Shown here piece after piece: positions 1-9,127 of a stretch of DNA of 64,000 nucleotides. Numbering within the stretch: position 1 is the stretch's first letter; every line of letters starts with the position of its first letter. Source of the stretch: Penicillus capitatus (taxonomy: Eukaryota > Plantae > Chlorophyta); contig OZ287694.1 in NCBI GenBank assembly GCA_965649825.1, positions 1,885,192-1,949,191 of the forward strand, in the 5' to 3' direction. The notes under the pieces are model-generated. The model worked only from the letters and a program-made list of their open reading frames with translations. It was not told the DNA's origin and searched no databases. The position numbers were made by a program, and so were the translations under genes.

Positions 1-184
1 GTTAGACGCTGGATTCGGAGTGTCTAAGGCGTGTTGCGAGGCATCACTCAGGTGGCGCTGATGACCTCCACACCTGGCTCCGAACTTTGCGCTCCGCCGC
101 ACGCTTAAGACATACGGCTCCACTGCGCTAATGCCACGCCGCCTTCGGGTGACGCGTCACTGGTTCAGTGGGGAGGGTGGGCTT

Positions 185-285
185 GGGGTTATCCTAGCCA
201 ATCCGGATCTTTCCGGATCGCGTCGAGGGTTTTGGTGCTTCGACGTGAAGGGGTCTGACGAGACGGGTGGCTCCGTCGAAACCCT
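185..285 (+). ncRNA. Hammerhead ribozyme A (type III topology, branched stem I), copy 1
   Basis: GGGGUU/AUCCU (185-195) ... GGGGU-CUGACGA-G-ACGG-GUGGCU-CCGU-C-GAAA-CCC. Stem III is ACCC:GGGU and stem I is AUCCU:GGGGU, enclosing two hairpins. AGCCA after stem I is complementary to loop-2 UGGCU. Predicted cut 190/191. Confidence 0.7.
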
Positions 286-464
286 TAGGTCTTCTGTTGA
301 CGTGTCGTCCGTACCGCGCGCGCTCGAATTACGCGTTCAATTCTCGCTCTCCGTGTTGGATCTCGGCCGATGTCCAGCGCACGGGTAGATCTGCCGACAT
401 CGTCCGCGGGTCTTTTTCCTCCGCCGATTCGATGTCGCGTTCGTTCGCGCTGCGGCGCGGGAAA

Positions 465-535
465 GGGGTCTGATGAGACGGATGGCGCCGTCGAAACCGC
501 AGAGTGCTTCGTTGCATTCGGCGGTCACCCCAGCC
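465..535 (+). ncRNA. Hammerhead ribozyme B (type I), copy 1
   Basis: GGGGU-CUGAUGA-G-ACGG-AUGGCG-CCGU-C-GAAA-CCGC-a-GAGUGC-uucguu-GCAUUC-g-GCGG-UC/ACCCC-AGCC. All core nucleotides and three helices present. Predicted cut 526/527. Confidence 0.92.
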
Positions 536-3444
536 AGTCGTTTTTTTCTTTCTGTCTCTTTTTCGCCTATCTATATCTATGTTTCTGCCTACGTGCGTTA
601 ACACTAACTGACCTTTACAGCCGATGGCAAGGCGATCTGCATGTATGTATGTATGTACACATGCTCCCCGCTCGGCTTTAAAGAAGAATTCTTCGCGCTG
701 TGTCTCTCACTCGTTCGTCCTCCTGCCGTTAAGTGATCTGACCCTAGTTTGTTCAACGTGATGGTAGACTTGGAGGCGACGCATTTTTTTGGTATTGGAA
801 AGTGGACCTTTGTACCTACCTAGACCAGAGTGGCAGAGCAGCAGTCCTCTGGATTTCTGATGAGTGGTTCTTAACAGCACATCAACCTTGTCGATCATCA
901 GGACGCCGACGTTGTGCGACACCGCCGTTGCAACGTATAGCGAGCCCGTGAAGCTTTCGAGTGACCTCATTCTCACAACGTGAACCGGCGATTCTCAAGC
1001 TTGCCGTTGCAACGGCGGACTCCATCGCCCGACCGCTTCATTCGCTCTTGCATCAAGAGAATATCACTCCTCAGCGCTGTCGCCGTCTCCACGTCAAACT
1101 ACGTTTTAAACGGAGCGTTCCGTTCTCCTTCAGGTGGGTGGGTGGGTGTCCTGCAAACAGACGTTGGCTATACACAGTGAGTGACCAGAAGCCCGAGCAA
1201 ATGCAAGACGGCCCTTGGCCTGTCAAATCAGAAGCGCGCTGTTCTCTCTTTGCTTTCCAGTCGTCACACCACAACAGACAGAACCGGTGGCCATGCTGAG
1301 ACTGTCCTGTTTTAACATCCCATCTTCTAGGCGAGACGTTGCGGACCGGAATCGAACTTCTAGGTGCTCTCCCCTGAGCACTGCTGCATTAGGAGTGAAG
1401 ATCACCGGGAGTGTCGCGATATAAACCTATGACATGCATTACCGTTTTGGAGTCCCCGATTCAAGGGACATTGATCGCATCAGAACGCGCCGAAGGACTG
1501 AAGGAAGGTGTTTGTCGACGAACGCATAACACAGCTTTCTGGTGCAAGATCCGACGAGATCGCAGCTGCATGGGTTTATGTCCCACGAGATTCGAAAGGC
1601 CGACACACTCGGTGTGAAGCTAGCCGCCGCCAATCGAGAACAACGAATTCAAGAACTTCGATTCCTCACTTCCAACGAAACCTCTTTCTTCCCGCCGCCG
1701 ACCCTCTTCTGAAGTGTTCCACACTTGGTCGTCGCTCACCGGATTGTTTATTCATATGCCGGCGCTTTCAGATGGAGCAAGATCTGTCACAGCTTCGTGC
1801 GACTGTTGTCCTCGTTCCCGCAGATCATCCCAGTGCGCGTCGTCGCCAGTCATGGTCGCATGGATGCGCCAAACGTGCGAAGTCTACAAGAAGACAAATG
1901 AATGAATGACTCGGCACGCCGTCGGAATACACGACGTTTAAGTAAGTAACAGGCGAGAACAGTTCATTATCTACGAGAAAAGCTACGCGGAGCGAGCGAC
2001 TAGTGCTTTCCCAACTCCGTGCATCGATCGCCCTCAGCAACGTCGTCGCGCCAATGTCCTTTCAGATCGTCCACGTAGCGCCGGTGACACACTAGACGAC
2101 AGCAACTCACCATGTCCGACGAGCCAGACAGAGACTATAAAAATTTACTCCTCTGATGACGATACGAGCAGCTAGCTGGATTCAGACAAGTGAGATTAGA
2201 AAACTCCGTCGCCGCAAAAACACAGACAGATGTTGTGTCAACGTTTCCGATTAGGCAAGGAAGCTTTTGGATGCGCTCGTATCGTGGAAGTAGCAGTTGT
2301 GTGTGCCCTGACGACGATAAGACAGACAGACAGACTTTGGTAGATGCGACCTGAACTTATGCCAAGTGTGGCAGCTTCTGGTTGCGTAAGATTGTCTGTT
2401 TCTCGTGACTGAAGCGTCAGTCAGGTCGTAACAAGGAAGCCTGTCGCGCGGAGTATGAGGCGGTTTTTGATGGAATACAAAGGTTACACAATTGACAACT
2501 TTTCAATGAACAAAACGGAGCGAAAAGGTTACTTACAATCAACTTGTACAGCAAACAGAAATAAAGTAACTCGTAAGCAAAGAAGCAGAACAATTCTAAT
2601 CTAATCTTCTTCTTCCCCTTTTACTTAACCCTTCAGGTGCGACAGCTCGGACCGTCGTCTAAGCCGCCGTGCGTGGTCGGTCTTGAAGTGAGAGGTGAAC
2701 GGGAGAGCCGGTGCGTCATAGGTGTTCTCTGAAAGACTTATGCCAGAATGGATAGAGACATTCACGAAGAGGTCACAGTACTCGGCCAGTCTTCCGAACC
2801 CCCCCAAATGCGTTCGGTAGTTTCTCAAATCTCTCTCCGCGCCTGCTCGAAGAGAACGAACAGCTCTCTAGCCGGTGAGGCAGAGGGAGAGGGGGTTCCA
2901 CTGTTAGTTATGACTCTCCCATCCAGTGGGTTTGAAGAGTGGGAGAGAGGACCACTGGCCGAAGAGGAGTCCAGTGGGATCATCGGATAAACGCTGCTGC
3001 GTTCTTTTGCACATTTGCTGTGATTGTTCTGTCGTAAACCGCTCGTTCGGTGACGACTGTTGCCATTGTAGGCTGCTTTCGCATGTTTACACTTTGACAG
3101 TTTTCACGCTGGTAGATCTGTTCCGTCACCTCCGTTAATGCCCGTCACATTCTCCCCGACACGTGTATGTACGGATAAAAAACCGATCGATAAACGCGCG
3201 CGCAAAGCACGAAGCTATGAAGAACATAGAGTACTATTACATACCATTGTTTCGGTTCGACTCATAAGGATCGAACTCAACTTGACAGTGAAACAACCAG
3301 AGCAGTGAATGCGAATGGAGACGGCCGGTTCGACTTATGGCTGTCGAACCCGTCTTGCCAGAGAAACAGCCAGAGCAGTGAATGCGAATGAAGACAGCCG
3401 GTTCGACTTATGGCTGTCGAACCCATCTTGCCAGAGAAACAGCC

Positions 3445-4116
3445 AGGGTCAGCCCCGGCGGAAAAACAGCCGGTTCGACTTATAGAGAGGTCGAACTCTT
3501 GTTGCTCAGACGATGCGTGTGCTTGCCAGAAAAACAGGCCAGGGTCAGCCCCGGCGGAAAAACAGCCGGTTCGACTTATAGAGAGGTCGAACTCTTGTTG
3601 CTCAGACGATGCGTGTGCTTGCCAGAAAAACATGCCAGGGTCAGCCCCGGCGGAAAAACAGCCGGTTCGACTTATAGAGAGGTCGAACTCTTGTTGCTCA
3701 GACGATGCGTGTGCTTGCCAGAAAAACAGGCCAGGGTCAGCCCCGGCGGAAAAACAGCCGGTTCGACTTATAGAGAGGTCGAACTCTTGTTGCTCAGACG
3801 ATGCGTGTGCTTGCCAGAAAAACAGGCCAGGGTCAGCCCCGGCGGAAAAACAGCCGGTTCGACTTATAGAGAGGTCGAACTCTTGTTGCTCAGACGATGC
3901 GTGTGCTTGCCAGAAAAACATGCCAGGGTCAGCCCCGGCGGAAAAACAGCCGGTTCGACTTATAGAGAGGTCGAACTCTTGTTGCTCAGACGATGCGTGT
4001 GCTTGCCAGAAAAACATGCCAGGGTCAGCCCCGGCGGAAAAACAGCCGGTTCGACTTATAGAGAGGTCGAACTCTTGTTGCTCAGACGATGCGTGTGCTT
4101 GCCAGAAAAACAGGCC
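3445..4116. repeat. 96-bp tandem repeat, 7 units, each with two hairpins
   Basis: AGGGTC recurs at 3445, 3541, 3637 ... 4021. Each unit contains CCGGC-n9-GCCGG and GTTCGAC-n10-GTCGAAC. Confidence 0.95.
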
Positions 4117-4222
4117 AAGGACAGGACAGAGGACACCGCGCCCATGCAACCAAGGACAGGACAGAGGACACCGCGCCCATGCAACCAAGGACAGGACAGA
4201 GGACACCGCGCCCATGCAACCA
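4117..4222. repeat. Short array of GGACAGAGGACACCGCGCCCATGCAACC units (about 3)
   Basis: Direct repeats; the same motif is expanded to 20 units at 44611-45210. Confidence 0.9.
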
Positions 4223-5092
4223 ATCAGTGTAATAGTATACCTTCTCTTCCGTTGCCCACGACGATCAGAACAATCGAAACCTTGCCTCAATGGGCGCTTT
4301 CCAGTTTCTTCGACATCCCAAAGCAAACGAGACAAACCTGTTCCCTTGGCGATCTAACCGTCCGATCACGCTACCTTTCCCGCATCCCCTACACCAATTC
4401 CCAGCGCCTCCGCACTATACCTACCGCCGCATGCAAACCCCGTGGAGCGAAATAACATACCGTCTAGTCTACCACTCTCCCTTGTGGGCACCAACGTCTT
4501 CCTCAAGCTGACGACGAAGCAGAGCTTCGTGGCGAAACCGACGCAAGAGATTCACGAACCACGGCTCTTGAGAAAAGAATCCACGCAGAACACCCGAAGC
4601 GTGCTCGCAGTGGCAACGGAAAAACAGAAAAGAAAAAACAACAAGCCTACGACACACACCGACAACGGAAAGACAGCGCTGGCGCGGGAAAGAAAAAACC
4701 ACGTTTCCTACGAAGACACTCAAGGAAAGAGAAAAACGCGCGTCGAGCCATAGAGATCGCAGAACTCAAGGTCAGCATGCAGTCAACCGAGGTACGTGGC
4801 CCCACGGCAATCCTCGTTCCCAAGCCGTCATCGCCCCACGCTCTCCACTATTCGCACACCTAGGTCGTCGTGCTTTGGCCTCACCGCATACTCGCCATCC
4901 ATTTTCTCTCCTTCATCACATATCACCGGTAAACGCATTAGATCGCCAATTCCTTATCCTCTCATGTTGACCCTTGACGTTATCTTCTCTCCTCACCCGC
5001 CTGTCTCGACAAGATTCCGCCTTCCATATAAAAATGCCCGATACAACCGCTGACGAAACCTAATCCGCACACCGGACCGCTTTAACGGTCAT

Positions 5093-6046
5093 CTACCTTC
5101 TCGACCTCTTCCGGGAGCCCCCCAGTGAACCCCCTGTCCCCCCGGCAACCTTCCGTTTCGAATCGTTTTCTTTCAACATCTCCATCCGTTCTCTTCGAAC
5201 CCGCGTGTCCCGAAGATTGTAGCGGCGCTTTGCATTTCTCTCCCTTGTTAATTCTTCTTCGTACGACGTGTCCCGACGGCGGCGTCTAGAACCGCTGCCC
5301 TCAGACTCCTCTTTCGTTTCCATGACAACGTCGGGCTGCGCCTCCGGCACCGCGTCCCCTTCTTCGTCCGTGACAACGTCGGGCTGCGCCTCCGGCACCG
5401 CGTTCCCTTCTTCGTCCGCGACAACGTCGGGCTGCGCCTCCGGCACCGCGTCCCCTTCTTCGTCCGCGACAACGTCGGGCTGCGCCTCCGGCACCGCGTC
5501 CCCTTCTTCGTCAATGTCGAGTTCCACGACAACTTCCTCCACCTCCACGCCCACGATATTGTCTTCTCCGTACGTAAGTTCAGTGAGGACGAACAGCATC
5601 ATGTCCTTTGCCAATTCGTTCTGTCTTTGGCGAACCTCTGTCGGAGGGGCGCTGAGCTGTGACCTTAGATGTCTTACAAACATGGCAACCCTGAAGAACA
5701 TAAATTCATCGTCGTGGTTGCCAAGTTGAGTTGCCAAAGCATTTCCCAGAACGTTCGCAACGTCAGCCCATGTGCGAATATGCCCTTCTTCGCCTTCATT
5801 GGTATTCCCGACCAGGAACCGCACCCCCATTTGGCACAAAACGGTCCGAACGGCGGCGAATGCACCCGGTGTCCACGTGTGTAGTGGCCCCACGTCTGCC
5901 CCGAAGATGTCGGCCGCGACCATAAGTCCAAAATGGCTAGAGACCGCTGCGTGAAAAATGTTGTATTGTTCACGCTGAACATCTTGCTGCAAACCGCATA
6001 AGACGTGGTTTGTGAGAACCTGTACTGCCAACGTAAACGAACCCAT
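5093..6046 (-). CDS. Orphan intronless protein (317 aa): predicted helical N-terminal domain, acidic 16-aa repeat x4, basic C-terminus with KRRYNLR
   Basis: ATG at 6046 (MGSFTLAV) aligns with MGSFAPAV of paralog 46129-47148. Conserved blocks include RTWAxVAxVLxNALA and FRVAMFVRxLRxQL. A TATA-like and a CCAAT element lie upstream. Confidence 0.8.
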   Translation of the reverse strand: MGSFTLAVQVLTNHVLCGLQQDVQREQYNIFHAAVSSHFGLMVAADIFGADVGPLHTWTPGAFAAVRTVLCQMGVRFLVGNTNEGEEGHIRTWADVANVLGNALATQLGNHDDEFMFFRVAMFVRHLRSQLSAPPTEVRQRQNELAKDMMLFVLTELTYGEDNIVGVEVEEVVVELDIDEEGDAVPEAQPDVVADEEGDAVPEAQPDVVADEEGNAVPEAQPDVVTDEEGDAVPEAQPDVVMETKEESEGSGSRRRRRDTSYEEELTRERNAKRRYNLRDTRVRRERMEMLKENDSKRKVAGGTGGSLGGSRKRSRR

Positions 6047-6179
6047 CACCGTTACTTTTGAGGCAATATGAAAACCGAACACCAATATTTTTCGTGCAAA
6101 GTGGCAAGAAGCACAAAGTCCGTAAGAACACCAGAGAACCTTGAAACAACAAAACAACCTTCACCGTACTGCGCTCGTA

Positions 6180-6262
6180 ATCATATATATACAAGCGTAA
6201 TGAATTAATGGAAAATTAAGTCAACCTATGGTTAGGTTTCCGAACTCGCATCGCCATTGGTT
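6180..6262 (-). promoter_or_regulatory. Putative Pol II promoter of the orphan ORF
   Basis: Minus-strand TATATATA at about 6184-6191 and CCAAT at about 6256-6260. A homologous region with CCAAT lies upstream of paralog 46129-47148, and part of it is tandemly duplicated at 6310-6350. Confidence 0.5.
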
Positions 6263-6849
6263 AGATCGACGAATCGTTCAAGCTGATTAATTAATGCAAA
6301 GAATAGCTAAATCTACGGTTAGGTTTCCGAACTCGCATCGCGATTGGCTGACTCGATGAGGGAGGCGACACCACGGCGGACGGCACAAATGAAGCAAACA
6401 AAACGTTTGGAGTGCATACCAAGTTTAAGGGAGTGTGGCTACTTGTTGATTGAGTCGATTTGTGACCCGACACCCCTGACAACTTACACGTAATGTCCTT
6501 GAATCTCTAACAATTTTGACCTGTGTTCAATACCGAACGTCAACAAGATCCTTCATACTAGCTCCTGAACTTAACAGTTCTGTCACGCAATCGTTTTAAA
6601 GGGATTGCATAGCTGCCCATGGGGTCCTCAAGTCAAAGAAAGTGGTTCAATCTTCTGACTTTGTAACCGATCTTCAAGGGAAATCATAGTTATGTTGTTG
6701 TCCGGTCCTGCTTTTTCAGATATAAATAATGATTGTGCAACAAAGGGTCATCCATAATACAAAGGAAGAAAAAATGCACCAGACCCAAAGAATTTGAACT
6801 GGTATCATGTAAGGCAGCGCCGCCGACAACCAAGAAGTCGACAGACTCG

Positions 6850-7810
6850 TAAATTTCTCAGTTTCCTTAGTCGGTCGGACGTTGAGTGATAGCCAGTCTC
6901 TCCTCCATCTGCCTCTGAAGAGATGCCATCATCGTCTCATTCCTGGTCGCCATTGTTTTAATCTGATCTTCCATTCTCTGCTGTGGCGCGCTGAACTTTT
7001 TCCAGACCTCGTCTATTCTTCCTGTCACGTAATGCCCTTCCTGGAGGCCTGGTCACCATCGTGGCGTCTGGGGGTCCGGGGGAAGGAATGTCCTCTGGAA
7101 GCGGCGCTACTAGGTCGACACTGGCGTCTTCAGAGCTTCGCTGCGAGCCGTAGATTTCCGCGTTGTCGATGATCCGCTCTGCCCCTCGCTGTTGCAAATC
7201 GGAGGTCTCCGCCTGACGAAATCTGTTAAGGCGGTCTTCGAAGTTAGGGTAGAGAGGCGCGTAGAGAATAGTCGCGCGTTGAACGTTGTGCTCCGCGTCG
7301 TGATCCGCCAGGATGCAGCGAAACAAGAAGTCTTACAACAATCGTAAAGGCAAAAGTCCGTGCATACCCCCCTTTTATACCGCCCTGGTGATGCGACTCC
7401 ACGAAGAAGTGAGTCATCGCGCCACCTGAGCCAGAGAAGATCGTCCCAAGACACAGTCGACAAGACATGCAGCGCCCCTGCGCACAGCTGACCCCCACAG
7501 AACAAGACAACGTCACATCGCTCGGCGACACTTCCTTCCCTGTTCCTGCACAACAAGTGTCACTACGGATCTTCTGCTCTTCGAGGGCTCACAGTTTTCT
7601 GTCGATTCTGTAGTAGAGGGAATTCCGTGTGACAACGATGTTGGCTCGTGCCTTGATTTGCGTTCATTCGCCGTCATCTGTACGCGCTCGTAATCATCGG
7701 ACAACTCGTCACCATCAGATTGAAGATCACGATCATAGGAACGAAAAGGAACACGATGTACAACAGAGATTGCCACACAGACAGGAATTTGTCTTCCGAA
7801 TAGAAAGCTT
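6850..7810 (-). pseudogene. TRP-channel C-terminal fragment (S6 + coiled coil), frameshifted and interrupted by a solo LTR
   Basis: Reads WQSLLYIVFLFVPMIVIFNLMV / LSDDYERVQ (S6-like, one frameshift). Beyond the LTR it reads RIDEVWKKFSAPQQRMEDQIKTM...LQRQMEERL. Resembles the S6 and C-terminal exons of the three TRP genes. Confidence 0.6.
7023..7530 (-). mobile_element. Solo LTR (508 bp), TGTCGCC family
   Basis: Minus strand starts TGTCGCCGAGCGATGTGACG and ends CGTGACA. 5-bp TSD CTTCC at 7018-7022 and 7531-7535. Homologous to 47731-48251. Confidence 0.9.
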
Positions 7811-8279
7811 GTGAAGCAAAGAGCAACTCAGTAGGGGAGACACACAGGAGATGCTTACGTCGGCTTCACTGTTCCCAATGGTCGAGAAGAACAGGGCTTC
7901 TGCGATACGTATGGTGGAATGACAGCCGTGTAGATCCTGGGGAATGTCGTCCAGTTTCCTAAAAAAAGAGTACGGAAGGCCATCGAAAACCAGATGTGGT
8001 TGTCAAGAGCAGAAGTGTGAACGGCACAATGCTGTCTAAGAGATTCGCCATAGGAATGATCAGAGGCCCGAACAACTCAAAGGGTTGGCAGTACTGCAAC
8101 ATCTCGGTAGTAAAAGGTCAACCCATCGGCACAGTAGAAACAAAAGCTGAAACGGTCTTAACTCGTCCACGCCTTAAAAGGCGTTCGTCGAGCTCGCGCC
8201 GAGTCTTGTGCCGCGTCATCTGAAGAACGTTCAGACAATGATGTTCTGTTTCTTGCGTCTGACAGCGACGGCGCATCAC

Positions 8280-8560
8280 GGTATCCATCGCCGCGAAGGG
8301 CCCTGCCGATGAGCGAGATGGCGCGTCGATCTCCGAGTCTATACGCTAGAGCATAAACGCCAGGTATGTTGTGACGACAGCTGCAGACCGACCGAGCACG
8401 CTGCCTTGGAGCTGGTCGTTGAGGAGGTCGTCTTTGGAGCGTTCGACAAGCCGGTCCTCGATCTACGGTTTGTACGCTTGTGAAGATACGGTCGGAGAAT
8501 GGGACCGACTGTACGTGTTTGGGTTTGAAGAGAGGGGTGGATGAGAGGGTTTGAGCGTGA
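8280..8560 (+). repeat. Dispersed ~290-bp repeat, possible shared 5' exon/intron module (copy 1)
   Basis: Clearly homologous but diverged relative to 18300-18595. Contains CAG/GTATGT and ends TGACAG/GTGTTG, which would splice into the HEAT exon. Confidence 0.6.
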
Positions 8561-9127
8561 CAGGTGTTGTCGGAGATTCGGAAAGCTTGTGGCGACAAAG
8601 ACTCTGACGTGCGCAAGAGCGCGATGTTAGCCATCTGCAGAACCGTTGAGGCAGCACCGGACCTCTCGGACGAGTTGCTGCCAACGCTTCAGAAGGGGTT
8701 CTGCGACAAACACTCCGACGTGCGCTCCAGTGCGATGGAGGCCTTTGGCAGTATCGCAAAATCGAGGCCGCATATCGCAGGCGAATTACTGCCGGTGCTT
8801 CAAGAAGGTTGCGTCGACGAACACTCCAACGTGCGCTGGAGGGCTAGGAAAATCCTAAACGGCATTGACGTTGATCAGATTATGCATTCGACTATCCCTC
8901 TTACTTCTGCGTATAGATGGGGCCTATTGCTAATTCTTACAAGGAATATATTTACTCTCGACTATCCTTCCAAGTCCAAAAAAGTTTCTCTTCTATCGCA
9001 TAGAATTTCTTCCGAAAGAATCGGAGTGTTCGACAGGGAAGACATTAACAATTTCCTTATGTATTTGAGAAAAGAACTCGATGAAAGGTTTTCCGGATTG
9101 TCTGATTATCTGAAAACAAAAGATTAA
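8553..9127 (+). CDS. HEAT/ARM-type repeat protein, terminal exon or fragment
   Basis: Three ~38-aa repeats: DKDSDVRKSA, DKHSDVRSSA, DEHSNVRWRA. No ATG of its own; upstream exons not resolved. Confidence 0.7.

Larger units (their letters stand above)
1..6290. mobile_element. Multicopy hammerhead/satellite/orphan-ORF unit, copy 1 (left end outside window)
   Basis: Colinear with 40725-47375 and 60944-64000. Homology to copy 2 stops at about 6290/47375, where the flanks differ. Near-identical up to about 4900, clearly more diverged over the ORF. Mobility is inferred; no TSD or RT seen. Confidence 0.6.

Noticed and set aside
58-95. CTGATGA...CGAAC as another hammerhead or a C/D-box snoRNA
   Set aside because: GAAC instead of GAAA, no convincing stem II, and no suitably placed D box with a terminal stem.
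115-185. Twister ribozyme (CACUG...GGAGGG)
   Set aside because: Lacks the conserved GGUCCCAAGC-type core and both pseudoknots; it is a long hairpin.
707-976. Walker B-like VLMIDKVDVLL as an AAA ATPase/helicase exon
   Set aside because: DK instead of DE, no Walker A or other motifs nearby, and no supporting exons.
3277-4455. Long ORFs (315-429 aa) over the 96-bp and 30-bp arrays, here and at 43974-45495
   Set aside because: Unit lengths are multiples of 3 without stops, so several frames on both strands are open. Copy number differs between duplicates and no flanking coding context exists.
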